Below are positions 17,790 to 28,000 of a stretch of 64,000 nt of DNA, piece by piece. Position numbers and translations under genes: made by a program. Position 1 is the stretch's first letter. Each line of letters starts with the position of its first letter. A model generated the notes under the pieces. It searched no databases and was not told the origin of the DNA. It was given only the letters and a program-made list of their open reading frames with translations. The stretch comes from Promethearchaeota archaeon. GTDB lineage: Archaea; Asgardarchaeota; Lokiarchaeia; Sigyniarchaeales; SOKP01. The DNA lies in assembly GCA_019057795.1 (NCBI GenBank), contig JAHLWS010000073.1:102455-166454 (forward strand). The letters run 5' to 3'.

Positions 17790-18224
17790 TTAAACTTTCG
17801 TGCCACAATGTGGGCAAAATTGTGCGTCCTTATTTTCTAAACGCTCTCCACAAAACGGACAGAAATTAAGTTGTATGGTTTTAACACCTTCAACCAATTC
17901 ACTAGCTGTATATTCATTTTTTTGCTGCTTTTGAGTTTCAGTCTGAAAGCGATATGGATTTTGAACATTTTGAACATTTTGAGCTATTTGTTGCACAGGT
18001 TGGACGTAAGGGGCTGATATTGCTGTAATTTGAGAGTGACAGTGAATACAGCGATCTTCAGTTTTACTATAATAAATTATTAAATATATAATAAGACCAA
18101 TTCCTGCCGTAAAACACAATAAAATTATTGCTAATGGCCAATTTATCTCTTCTCTAACTAATAAAACATTTTGTTTACAATTAGGACAAAATCCTGTGGG
18201 ATTTCTTGTTGTCATACTTATCAC
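17790..18224 (-). CDS. Membrane-anchored double zinc-ribbon protein
   Basis: CPNC, a TM hairpin, CIHC, and C-terminal FCPFCG...FCPHCG. Confidence 0.8.
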   Translation of the reverse strand: MISMTTRNPTGFCPNCKQNVLLVREEINWPLAIILLCFTAGIGLIIYLIIYYSKTEDRCIHCHSQITAISAPYVQPVQQIAQNVQNVQNPYRFQTETQKQQKNEYTASELVEGVKTIQLNFCPFCGERLENKDAQFCPHCGTKV

Positions 18225-18485
18225 CTTAATTTATTTTTAAATTAACTTATTAAAATGTATTAAGATATTGAATACAAATTTTCCTTTAAAATTTTAATCG
18301 AACATTTACAATTGTACTAAAAATTTAATTAATTTATATAACTTCACTCTTAAGTAGAGAAAATGTTTATCAACCTTAAAACCTAAATTAGTTAAAATTC
18401 AAATGATTATTAATTTATAGAGAAATTACAATATTTTCCTATTAATTTTTATAGATTCAAATAATAATTTAACATGAAATAAACG

Positions 18486-19103
18486 ATGCAACAAACATTA
18501 TTTATTGTACTTGATGGTATTGATGGCTCAGGTACATCAACACATAGCAAATTATTAGCGGGATTTTTAAGCTTGAAAGGTTTAAAAATCCATTTAACTC
18601 AAGAGCCTTCAAATAGCGAAATTGGAAAATTATTAAGAAATTTTTTGAAAGATGATAAAATTCCACCGTCAACGGACGCCTTATTGTTTGCTGCTGACAG
18701 GGACCTTCATTATAGAAATGAAATAAAAATGAAGTTAGAAGAAGGTTATATTGTCATATCAGATAGATATATTGAATCTTCTATTATATATCAATCATGT
18801 CAAACTGAAAAAATAACAATTGAATGGGTGAAGAGCTTAAATAAATTTGCAGGTAAACCCGACTTAACAATTATTTTAGACATCGATCCTAAAATGTCAT
18901 TAGCAAGAAAAAATCAAAGGGATTTGGAAAAATTCGAAGATACTTCATTTTTAGAACAAGTAAGAAAACTCTACATTACCCGTGCCAAAGAAGAGGGGTA
19001 TTTTATAATAAATACCGACGATATTATTGAACTTGTTCAAGAAAAAATTCAACAAATTGTATTAAATAAATTAAAAGTTAAGGGGATTCAAGTTAAAGAA
19101 TAA
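18486..19103 (+). CDS. tmk: Thymidylate kinase
   Basis: DGIDGSG, LLFAADR, SDRY and PDLTIILD motifs. Confidence 0.93.
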   Translation: MQQTLFIVLDGIDGSGTSTHSKLLAGFLSLKGLKIHLTQEPSNSEIGKLLRNFLKDDKIPPSTDALLFAADRDLHYRNEIKMKLEEGYIVISDRYIESSIIYQSCQTEKITIEWVKSLNKFAGKPDLTIILDIDPKMSLARKNQRDLEKFEDTSFLEQVRKLYITRAKEEGYFIINTDDIIELVQEKIQQIVLNKLKVKGIQVKE

Positions 19104-19158
19104 TGTTTGTATAATATAATATTTTTTGTGTAAACCAAGAACTTACGCGTGAAACAGA

Positions 19159-20424
19159 ATGAGTTATACAATAGCAGAAAAAATACTAAAAGAACATTCA
19201 AATCTTAAAGAGATATCGCCTGGACAATTTATCAATTCTGAAATTGATTTGATAATGGTTCACGAACAATTAGGTGGAAGAGTTCATATAGAATACGAGA
19301 AACTCGGAATTGATTATGTATGGGATCCAGATAAGATTTTTTTCATATTAGATCACTGGGTACCTCCTCCCACGATATCAGCAGCCCAAATGCACCAAGA
19401 CGCAAGAAAATTTGCTGAGAAATATAAATTCACTAATAACTATGGTTATCAATTAGACAAAGGCATATGTCATCAAGTTTTACCCGAAATGGGTTTTGCA
19501 AGGCCAGGAATGTTAATTGTGGGCTCTGATAGTCATACGACAACATACGGGGCTTTTAATTGCTTGTCTACCGGTATAGGTGCTACAGATGTTTCTGTCG
19601 TGTTTGCTACGGGTAAGATGTGGTTTAAAGTTCCCGAATCGTTTAAAATTAATTTATCTGGCACTCTAGATAAAGGTGTAATGTCAAAAGATTTTATCTT
19701 AACATTGATAGGAGATATTTCCACTAAAGGAGCTATTTATAAATCATTAGAATTTCATGGAAATGGCGCTCAACGCTTATCTATTGACTCTAGGATGACA
19801 GTTGCAAATATGGTTGTGGAAGCGGGCGCAAAATTTGGATTATTTTTACCCGATAAAAAACTAGAAGATTGGATAGAAAAGAGAACGGAAAAACAATATA
19901 ATAAAGTTTTGCCAGACGAAGATGCGGAATATGAGAAAGAATTTCACTACAACTTATCCGAAATTACTCCTGTTGTAGCTAAACCTTCAAACCCCGGAAA
20001 TATAGCTAAAATAGAAGATGTAGAGGGATATGAAATAGACCAAGCGTTTTTAGGTAGTTGTACTAATGGTAGAATGGAAGATCTTCGAATTGCCGCTAAA
20101 ATACTAAACAGTAAAAAAATCAATTCCAATACCAGATTGATCGTAACCCCCGCTTCAAAAGAAATATACTTGCAAGCTTTAAGAGAGGGTTTAATTGAAG
20201 TCTTTTTAAGTGCTGGTGCTATAGTTACTAATTCTACGTGTGGTGCTTGTATTGGGGGGCATCTTGGAGTATTGGGACCTGAAGATGTTTGCATCAGTAG
20301 CACAAATCGAAATTTTATCGGTAGGATGGGGGATCCTACTTCAGAAGTTTTCTTAGCATCACCAGCTACGGTTGCCGCATCAGCAATAAGAGGAAAAATA
20401 ACTGATCCTCGGGAGGTGCTATAA
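19159..20424 (+). CDS. 3-isopropylmalate dehydratase/homoaconitase family large subunit
   Basis: GICHQ, GSDSHT, GSCTNGR, CGAC and STNRNF motifs. Confidence 0.9.
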   Translation: MSYTIAEKILKEHSNLKEISPGQFINSEIDLIMVHEQLGGRVHIEYEKLGIDYVWDPDKIFFILDHWVPPPTISAAQMHQDARKFAEKYKFTNNYGYQLDKGICHQVLPEMGFARPGMLIVGSDSHTTTYGAFNCLSTGIGATDVSVVFATGKMWFKVPESFKINLSGTLDKGVMSKDFILTLIGDISTKGAIYKSLEFHGNGAQRLSIDSRMTVANMVVEAGAKFGLFLPDKKLEDWIEKRTEKQYNKVLPDEDAEYEKEFHYNLSEITPVVAKPSNPGNIAKIEDVEGYEIDQAFLGSCTNGRMEDLRIAAKILNSKKINSNTRLIVTPASKEIYLQALREGLIEVFLSAGAIVTNSTCGACIGGHLGVLGPEDVCISSTNRNFIGRMGDPTSEVFLASPATVAASAIRGKITDPREVL

Positions 20425-20426
20425 TA

Positions 20427-20927
20427 ATGGAAAATATTGAAGGAGAGATTTATATTTTAGGGGATGACATTAATACTGATGATATCGTACCTAGCTATAC
20501 TTTAACATTGAGAGATCCAAATGAAATGGCCAAACATGTTTTAGAATTTATAGAACCAAATTTTGCTCAAAAGGCAGTTAAGAGATTAATAATTGTAGGA
20601 GGATATAATTTTGGGACTGGAAGTTCCCGAGAAGAGGCAGTAAATGTATTTAAAATTCTCGGGATTAAAGCCATTATTGCTAAATCATTTTCAAGGATTT
20701 ACTTTCGAAATCTTATTAATAATGGAGTTGCTGGAATCAAATGTGATTGGGACGAAGCAACATTTTCCGATGGAGATCAAGTACAAATCTCGATTGAAAA
20801 TGGGATAATATTCAATAAATCAAAAAATCTTAATATAACATATAAACAATTCCCTCAATTTTTAAAAGAAATATTGGAATCTGGAGGAATATTAAATCAG
20901 CTAAAAGAAAAATTAAAATCACATTAA
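20427..20927 (+). CDS. 3-isopropylmalate dehydratase/homoaconitase family small subunit
   Basis: GDDINTD, NFGTGSSRE and SFSRIYFRN motifs. Confidence 0.9.
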   Translation: MENIEGEIYILGDDINTDDIVPSYTLTLRDPNEMAKHVLEFIEPNFAQKAVKRLIIVGGYNFGTGSSREEAVNVFKILGIKAIIAKSFSRIYFRNLINNGVAGIKCDWDEATFSDGDQVQISIENGIIFNKSKNLNITYKQFPQFLKEILESGGILNQLKEKLKSH

Positions 20928-20975
20928 TAAAGCAACTTCAACTTAGATTTTTCTTATACCTTTATCCAAATAAGT

Positions 20976-21239
20976 TTACCCTTTTTCATATATTACTCCT
21001 GTACCGCCTGATGGATAATGAAATTTAATGGCATCAGCTTCACAAACTTGATAACACGCAGCACATTCTAAACATTTCTCTTTATAATCTTCTGAAATAG
21101 AAATTACATTGTCGATCTTACGCCATAAATTAGCTACACAAACCAGAATGCATTGCCCGCATCTATTACATTTATTTTGATCAATGAATATAAAATCCCC
21201 TGTACCAGGTATGTGTTTTGTTAAACCAGTGGTTTTCAA
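20976..21239 (-). CDS. FixX-like 4Fe-4S ferredoxin
   Basis: CNRCGQCILVC and CLECAACYQVC motifs; C-terminal YPSGGTGV. Confidence 0.85.
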   Translation of the reverse strand: MKTTGLTKHIPGTGDFIFIDQNKCNRCGQCILVCVANLWRKIDNVISISEDYKEKCLECAACYQVCEADAIKFHYPSGGTGVIYEKG

Positions 21240-22642
21240 GTATCATCCCTCCTTGGTTTTTTTTTCTTAGGAATTAAATCCATTACCTTAGGAATTACAG
21301 ACATTAATTTCTGAGGATCCATCATTTCATCAAGATCTTCCTCGAATATTTTAGCTACAAGTGGAAGGACGTATTTCATTATGAAGGGTAGAGCTTTAGG
21401 CATGTATGATTTAATTTGTGATGCTATCTGTCGAACTCGTTTTGCATGTGGTTGAGACCAATCATATATTCCTCCCATTACCTCCATAAACATTGGAACA
21501 AACCAAGACATCGTTTCTTGTGGACTGAAAGGGAGTGCTTTCCAAAGATTATATAATTCTTCTCCAGCTTCGAATTCCTCACCAATAGATGTATTTTGCC
21601 ATACTTTGTCATATTTTGAGAGAAAGTTTTTTGAAAAATCTTCAGAGGTGATTGCTTCTGCTGCTACTTCTGCTGCTACTTTCCCTGTTACCATGGCAGG
21701 ATATATTCCTTCAGCTTCAAGTGGACAAGGAAATCCTCCTGCATCACCTATTAAGATAATTCCATCAGTGTGCGTGTTATATGGATATTTTAACCACGGA
21801 AGGAGGTGAGATTGAAGTTCTCTTGGTTTGGCATTCAATATTCTTAATAATCTTTGATAATATTTGAGGTTTATTACGCGATTTAGATAATATAGTGGAT
21901 TTTTATCCCATTTATTTAACCAATTGCCAAGACCTTGATGAAAGCCATCATGAAAGAACACTTGATAAGAAGCTGGAAAAATTGCAGACCACCATACTGC
22001 CAGAGTTTCATCTCCCATTATATCATCAATTTTTTCAGGACTTGCTTGAAAATCATATTGAGGTACTACTGTAATTTGATCTTGTGCCCATTTAGTCCTT
22101 AATCCACTTTGTTTTGCAACCATCGAAACTGCTCCATCAGCTCCAATAACGATAGGTGCTTCATATTTATTATTATGCTCATCCATTACACCACAAACTA
22201 TACCATCCTTTTTCAAGAGATTAGTAATTAAAGTTGACGTTTTTAATTCAGCGCCAGCATCTATAGCAAACTCTGCAACCCAAGGATCAAACTCACTTCG
22301 GTAACAATTCATCGTAATCCAACTTTTTGCTGGTTCATATGATACTGACTCGGTGGGACGAGCCATTACATAACCAGCAACAATACCCTCCTGATTGATG
22401 AAATAATTTCGAGCAGCAGAACCTGCTCTCATAGAAGGACATTTTTCAGGTGTTAGTTCCTTCATCATACTTGGAAAATCCTTCCACATCCGAGGACCTA
22501 AACCACATCCTGATGAATTTTTTTCACCTGGTTTTCGCCCACGTTCAAAAAAAATTGTTTTTAATCCCAAATCTGCTGCTGTTTTTGCTGACATTGAACC
22601 TCCAGGACCAGCACCAACAATTATTATATCATAAGTGTTCAT
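21236..22642 (-). CDS. FAD-dependent oxidoreductase (FixC/geranylgeranyl reductase superfamily)
   Basis: GAGPGG, GADG and GDAGG...EGI motifs; overlaps the ferredoxin gene. Confidence 0.85.
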   Translation of the reverse strand: MNTYDIIIVGAGPGGSMSAKTAADLGLKTIFFERGRKPGEKNSSGCGLGPRMWKDFPSMMKELTPEKCPSMRAGSAARNYFINQEGIVAGYVMARPTESVSYEPAKSWITMNCYRSEFDPWVAEFAIDAGAELKTSTLITNLLKKDGIVCGVMDEHNNKYEAPIVIGADGAVSMVAKQSGLRTKWAQDQITVVPQYDFQASPEKIDDIMGDETLAVWWSAIFPASYQVFFHDGFHQGLGNWLNKWDKNPLYYLNRVINLKYYQRLLRILNAKPRELQSHLLPWLKYPYNTHTDGIILIGDAGGFPCPLEAEGIYPAMVTGKVAAEVAAEAITSEDFSKNFLSKYDKVWQNTSIGEEFEAGEELYNLWKALPFSPQETMSWFVPMFMEVMGGIYDWSQPHAKRVRQIASQIKSYMPKALPFIMKYVLPLVAKIFEEDLDEMMDPQKLMSVIPKVMDLIPKKKKPRRDDT

Positions 22643-22876
22643 GAGTTCACCCGAATTAATTAAATTTCATTTTCAAAAAGAAATATTATAATATATCTTT
22701 ATGTTAATCACTATTTAAAATTCATTTTATTGGAACAATCAAAAACAATTTTTTAAATCAAAAAATGGAATCGAAAAATTAATCCGCAATTGATAAAAAT
22801 CCGGAATAATTTCAGAGAAGTGATCTGAAACACGGAGGTATTATTAACCAGCTAAAAAAAGACATATTTTTGTATT

Positions 22877-23410
22877 TTACATTAAATCCTCAATTTCTCT
22901 TTGGATTTTTTCAATCCGCTCCTTAGCTTTAGTGAGGATCTGAGTTTTACCATATTTGTTGAACCACTTTTCAAATCTCTGTTCGATTGAAACTTCTTTA
23001 GTTCCAGCTAAATGTTTATCCGCAAGACAGATAATTTTTTCTTCAAGGGTTTGTGGTAAAAGGTCTCTCTCAGGTAACCCAACTTGCTTAGCATCTTCTT
23101 TATCTAATCCACCTAAAATATGAGTTTCACAAATTTTGGCAAGTCGCTCTGATAAACCTCTTTCTCTAATTATTTTAGCCCCAATTAAGGCGTGATTAAA
23201 TCCATGAGTCTTACACCTACCAATATCGTGTAATAGGCTTCCAATTTCAATTAAATCCATATCTATCTCTCTCAACTTTATTTTTTCTGCTAATTCTAAG
23301 GCCTTCTCAGCAACTTTTAGAGAGTGACGCCGTACATTATAAGGAACTTTTAACTTTTTCAATAAGTCAAAAGCAAAATCGCTATTTGGTAGAGTTTCTT
23401 CGCTTGCCAT
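22877..23410 (-). CDS. HDIG-domain metal-dependent phosphohydrolase
   Basis: HS..V, LLHDIG and EEKIICLADK motifs. Confidence 0.9.
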   Translation of the reverse strand: MASEETLPNSDFAFDLLKKLKVPYNVRRHSLKVAEKALELAEKIKLREIDMDLIEIGSLLHDIGRCKTHGFNHALIGAKIIRERGLSERLAKICETHILGGLDKEDAKQVGLPERDLLPQTLEEKIICLADKHLAGTKEVSIEQRFEKWFNKYGKTQILTKAKERIEKIQREIEDLM

Positions 23411-23517
23411 TACACTTTAATAATTAATTATTAACTATAAGGTTTAGTCTAATATTAAGAAATAATTCAATTATAGTAGGAAACAAACTCTATCCAATAC
23501 TTTTTTTGTTTTATGAA

Positions 23518-24012
23518 TTAATAAACTTCTTCATACGGGCCACTAATTACCCCTCCAATTAAGCCTCCTATAATAGCCCCTATAAGTGCAGTAATTATTC
23601 CTCCAATTGTAACAGATAGTTGAGTTCCTTGAAATAAAGCCATTAAATCTTCACCAGATATGACGCTTAACAACATCCAGATTAAAAAATCGATTACGAT
23701 AACCAGCAAACTTGCGAGAAGACCTCTTTTCAAACCTTTTGAAATAGTACCACTCAAATAGCCAATAAAAATACTCGCTAGAAGCTGTGGAGCGAAAATG
23801 TCGATTATCGTGGACGATCCTGTAAATATTGAAAAGAGATCAAATTTAAAATTAGCTCCAATTAAAATAATTATAACTTTAAAAACGTCAATTTGTGAAT
23901 AAAGTTGTAGTTGGATTATTATCTCTTCCATATTAAAAAAGAATGCAGTAAAAAAACTAAAAACAATTCCAACAACAATTCCAAGCAATAATCTATACGA
24001 AACCATTTTCAA
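23518..24012 (-). CDS. Hypothetical membrane protein
   Basis: Several hydrophobic Gly-rich helices. Confidence 0.7.
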   Translation of the reverse strand: MKMVSYRLLLGIVVGIVFSFFTAFFFNMEEIIIQLQLYSQIDVFKVIIILIGANFKFDLFSIFTGSSTIIDIFAPQLLASIFIGYLSGTISKGLKRGLLASLLVIVIDFLIWMLLSVISGEDLMALFQGTQLSVTIGGIITALIGAIIGGLIGGVISGPYEEVY

Positions 24013-24183
24013 TCAAATATACTATTTGAGTTTAATAATAAATCTAATTATTTTGATATATTAAATCTTTAGTTCTAAGAGAATTAGAAGATTTCTTTTA
24101 ATAAAATATTAAAATTATGTTATTTTATTTAGTTTATCTAAGATTGTAATTTAATATACTAATTCTATTATAGGGTATATACA

Positions 24184-24996
24184 TTGGCTAAAAAAAAGAA
24201 AAAAACCGAAAAATCTAAGAAAACTGAGAAGGAAGAGAAGGAAGAAGAAGAAGATATCGAAGAAGATTTTGAAGAAGATTTTGATGAAGAATTAGATATC
24301 GAAAAGGAACTTAATTTGCTCGATACTGACGATATAGACGCTGAAGTTGAGCAAGCTGAAAAAATTATTGACAAGGATGAGGAAAAAAAGCAATTATATC
24401 TAAGTTGTGGAATCCACATTGGAACAAAATTATTGTCTGGAGATGCGAGACAATTTGTGTACAGACAAACTAATTACGGTTTGTACGTTATTGATTTGAC
24501 TAAAACTGACGAACGCCTAAATGTTGCCGCAAAATTCCTGAGCAAATACGTTGAGGGTGGAAGCGATAAGGTGATCGTATCCTCTGTCAGAAGATACGGA
24601 AAAGAACCCGTAAAGCAATTTTGCAAAGTGTTAGGATGTAGGGCAATCACCGAGCGTTTTATTCCTGGCTCTTTAACGAATCCTATCATTGAGGATTATA
24701 TTAAAGATGCGTCGGTGGTAGTTATCGTTGATCCTCATGCTGATAAAGTAATTTTAAGAGAAGCTCAATTAGCTCGAATTCCCGTCGTAGCGTTGTTCGA
24801 TACTGACGATTTACTTGACGGAATCGACCTTGCAATACCCGCAAATAATAGAGGGAAGAAAGCGTTAGGCTTAGCTTTTTGGTTGTTAGCACGACAGATA
24901 TTGCTGGAATTAGGGAAGATTTCAAGCGAAGACGATTTTCCCTACACTTTAGAAGAATTCACTTCCAAAATCGTTCCTATGTATCGTCAACAGTAA
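24184..24996 (+). CDS. rps2: 30S ribosomal protein uS2 with a long charged N-terminal extension
   Basis: GIHIGTK, RFIPGSLTNP and AIPANNRG motifs. Confidence 0.95.
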   Translation: MAKKKKKTEKSKKTEKEEKEEEEDIEEDFEEDFDEELDIEKELNLLDTDDIDAEVEQAEKIIDKDEEKKQLYLSCGIHIGTKLLSGDARQFVYRQTNYGLYVIDLTKTDERLNVAAKFLSKYVEGGSDKVIVSSVRRYGKEPVKQFCKVLGCRAITERFIPGSLTNPIIEDYIKDASVVVIVDPHADKVILREAQLARIPVVALFDTDDLLDGIDLAIPANNRGKKALGLAFWLLARQILLELGKISSEDDFPYTLEEFTSKIVPMYRQQ

Positions 24997-25168
24997 TTAT
25001 TCTCTTTTTTTTCTTCTTTACTTGTCTAATAATTTTTTTCGTCGTTTTTCTTATTTATTTAAAACAATTCTCTTAAATTGTTTTTATTCTATGAATAACA
25101 ACTTTTTAATCAATCTAAGATTTTCATTAATTAAAGTAGTATTTTATTATTATATTGAGAGACGAAAA

Positions 25169-25945
25169 ATGAAAAAAATTATAGCTTTTGCCGGAAAAGG
25201 AGGAGTTGGAAAGACCACGAGTTTAGTTCTTTTTTTAAAATATGTACTTGAGAATAAAAAAGCGCAAGATATTCTCGTTATTGATTCAGACCCCGATGCG
25301 AATGTTGCTGATGTCATTGGTGAAGAAGTTAAATTCTGTGATACAATTGGAGGAAAAATGAAAATATTAAAAGATAAAATCCAAAGTATGAAACTTTCAC
25401 CTAATACTCCAAAAAATCAACTAATTGAGTCGGATGTCTATACTTGTTTGATAGAAATGGACGATTTTGACCTATTGGAAATGGGTCGCCAAGAGGGAGA
25501 AGGGTGCTACTGTTTTATTAACGATGTACTAAAAAGGGTAATCGATACATTGTCTAAAAATTACGATTTAACTCTTTTAGATTCTCCAGCTGGATTGGAG
25601 CATTTTGCTCGAAAAACTGGTCGAGATGTTACCGACCTTGTAATCGTATCCGACGCTTCGAAAATGGGCATACATACGATGAAACGGATTTTAGAGATAA
25701 TCGACGAGTTAACTCTGAAATTTGAGAATATCTGGATTTTAGGAAATCGCTTTCCAGAGGATTTAAAGGATATTTTGGTAAAAGAAGTCGAGAATCTGAA
25801 TAGAGACCGCGTTAAATTGTTGGGGTTCATATCTAACAACGAAGAGATAAGCAAGATCAACATTACTGGTGGTAATTTAATCGATTTACCCGAAGAAAAC
25901 TCATCCTATCAAGAAGCAAAAGAGATATTTGCTAAAATAATATAG
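25169..25945 (+). CDS. CooC-type nickel-insertion ATPase (MinD family)
   Basis: GKGGVGKT, DSDPD, GCYC and AGLEH motifs; real start likely the ATG at 25169. Confidence 0.88.
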   Translation: MKKIIAFAGKGGVGKTTSLVLFLKYVLENKKAQDILVIDSDPDANVADVIGEEVKFCDTIGGKMKILKDKIQSMKLSPNTPKNQLIESDVYTCLIEMDDFDLLEMGRQEGEGCYCFINDVLKRVIDTLSKNYDLTLLDSPAGLEHFARKTGRDVTDLVIVSDASKMGIHTMKRILEIIDELTLKFENIWILGNRFPEDLKDILVKEVENLNRDRVKLLGFISNNEEISKINITGGNLIDLPEENSSYQEAKEIFAKII

Positions 25946-25978
25946 AGCTTTTAATTATATTAAAACTGAATTAAAAGC

Positions 25979-27190
25979 TTATGATTTAGTGGTAGATTCT
26001 GAAGAATCTAAATTTTTTCTTAATTTTTTATACACGAGAAAGATACCCATCGTTGTTGTCAGAGCCAATAGGAAAACATCAAAACCAGGGATGCTTAGTT
26101 CGAATTCTAAATTATCAATTGAAATTATGTTTAAACCACATCCCATAGAGGTAAATACCAGCAAATTACCAAGAGTTGCGTCTTCGTATAGTTTTGGATA
26201 CATCGCATAATGTTTTTTTCCTTCGCAATAAATGTCCTGATAATCGTCGTAGAACCCTATCGCTTGTAGAGACGATGGATTGGTAATGTCAGCAACAACT
26301 ATTCCTTCGGCGCAAGCTCCCGAGAATAATTTGTTATCGTGAATAGCGATTCCTACTCCGTTAATACCATCGATAAAAATGTCTGATAAAAAGGACGCGT
26401 TGGTTTTATCTGAGATGTCAATTGATTTAACATGGGCCCGATGAGTCCTTTCTGGTGAAACCGTTCTTGTACTATTAAGACCCGAAGTATACAACACATT
26501 TCCTTCAACGAAATAGCTTTGAGCGTAATACTCCCCTAAGTCAAACGAACTTATTAAATTTAGATTTGAAGGGTCAGTAGCATTTACAATTTTCAGTTGG
26601 TAGGTTGCCGTACAGACGTAAAGATAATTATCAATGAAAGTTAATGATTCACCAACTTCAGTCACATTAAGTCTATCTAATTCTACTGGGGAATCTACAT
26701 TTGAAAAATCAAAAGATATAATTTCAGTGTAATTATTTACGAAAAGAGTAGTTTCCGAAGCGTCAAAACCCCTCGCGTAGCCTAAATCTAACAATCCTTT
26801 ATAGATGGGAGATGCTGGCGAGGATATATTGAAATATTCGATATTCCAGTCTTGATCCTCCACTACTCTTAAGTATGCAACATCGTTAGCGATTTCAATT
26901 TCGTAACTGTTCTCTCCGGTTACTGTTCTAAAAGCAGTAAGAGACGGATTAGAAGGATCTGCCAAAGAGATCACTCTTAAACCCGGTAAACTGGCGTCTG
27001 ATACATACGCGTATGTACCATTAATTTCAATGTCCTCAAACATTACATTTACTCCTGACGGTTGATAGTGTCCAATGTGAGCGTTTTTAATTTCTTTGAA
27101 CTCTGCAGCATATGCGTATTTGATCGAAATGAAAATAAAAATTGAGGAAATTAGCAACACAAAAATAAATATTGATCGTTTTTGTTTCAT
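25979..27190 (-). CDS. Secreted LVIVD-repeat protein with an IPGF C-terminal sorting tail
   Basis: Signal peptide; repeated YAYVSD/LRVISLADPSNP units; IPGF + TM + basic tail. Confidence 0.8.
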   Translation of the reverse strand: MKQKRSIFIFVLLISSIFIFISIKYAYAAEFKEIKNAHIGHYQPSGVNVMFEDIEINGTYAYVSDASLPGLRVISLADPSNPSLTAFRTVTGENSYEIEIANDVAYLRVVEDQDWNIEYFNISSPASPIYKGLLDLGYARGFDASETTLFVNNYTEIISFDFSNVDSPVELDRLNVTEVGESLTFIDNYLYVCTATYQLKIVNATDPSNLNLISSFDLGEYYAQSYFVEGNVLYTSGLNSTRTVSPERTHRAHVKSIDISDKTNASFLSDIFIDGINGVGIAIHDNKLFSGACAEGIVVADITNPSSLQAIGFYDDYQDIYCEGKKHYAMYPKLYEDATLGNLLVFTSMGCGLNIISIDNLEFELSIPGFDVFLLALTTTMGIFLVYKKLRKNLDSSESTTKS

Positions 27191-27337
27191 ATTACTAGTC
27201 TATTGCATGTTCGATTTAAAAAATATATCGTATTACTAAAAAAATAATAGAATCGTTTATTTTTCTCGTTTATAGCTATAAAAGTTATATTTTTGATTTA
27301 AAAACTAAATATTAATATAACAAAAATTCAAAGGTTG

Positions 27338-28000
27338 TTAAAGAAATTCATTAAGGTTCCTATTTCGAAAACGCTTTTCTACGCCATTTTTCATCCCCGG
27401 TAACTTAAAACATTGGTCAGGAATCATCCTTTTAAAGTAAGGTTGGTTTTCTCGTTCAGATATGAATTGTGATTTGTATAGCGTTTCGAAGATTTCTTCA
27501 CCGGAAAATTGTATATCATCAAAATATGGGATGAGGGGACGATTCTTACTAATTTTTTCTACAACATTTTTTAGAGGAAAGTTAATTTCACGAATTAATC
27601 CTTTTTCGTCTATTACTCCAGTTTTATGGGTGTGTTCATTATACAAACAGATTACACATTGTGGCCACCTATCGTGAAAATAATTTAAGACAAGATCAAT
27701 TACTCTATGCTTGAGGTGTACAACTCCAAATAACACACCACGACTATTTATTTCTGTTCGAGCGAATTGTTTCGCACGATACGCTTCAGTAAACACTTCT
27801 CGCATCATTCGGTTAATTTTTTTTGCCAATGGAGTTCCTGAATTGCGTAAAATTACTTCTGGAAGCTTTTTGATGTGTTGCATTAGAACAGGAGAAAATT
27901 TAGAATGGCGCGGAAGATTAAGGACCAATTTTTCGCGTGAATATCCTTTAGCGCGCCCAATAACTTCTAATGGATCCCGACTATTTGTTATCTTTTTCAT
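27338..28000 (-). CDS. DUF4130 (TIGR03915-like) putative DNA metabolism protein
   Basis: REVFTEAYRAKQFAR, YFHDRW and YKSQFISERENQ motifs; coupled to the radical SAM gene. Confidence 0.75.
   Translation of the reverse strand: MKKITNSRDPLEVIGRAKGYSREKLVLNLPRHSKFSPVLMQHIKKLPEVILRNSGTPLAKKINRMMREVFTEAYRAKQFARTEINSRGVLFGVVHLKHRVIDLVLNYFHDRWPQCVICLYNEHTHKTGVIDEKGLIREINFPLKNVVEKISKNRPLIPYFDDIQFSGEEIFETLYKSQFISERENQPYFKRMIPDQCFKLPGMKNGVEKRFRNRNLNEFL

Noticed and set aside
22800-22836. SECIS element or C/D box sRNA
   Set aside because: No in-frame TGA selenoprotein candidate nearby and no well-formed AUGA/GA or C/D box pair
25022-25168. 49-aa N-terminal extension of the CooC-like ORF
   Set aside because: It translates AT-rich intergenic sequence; the family N-terminus starts at ATG 25169
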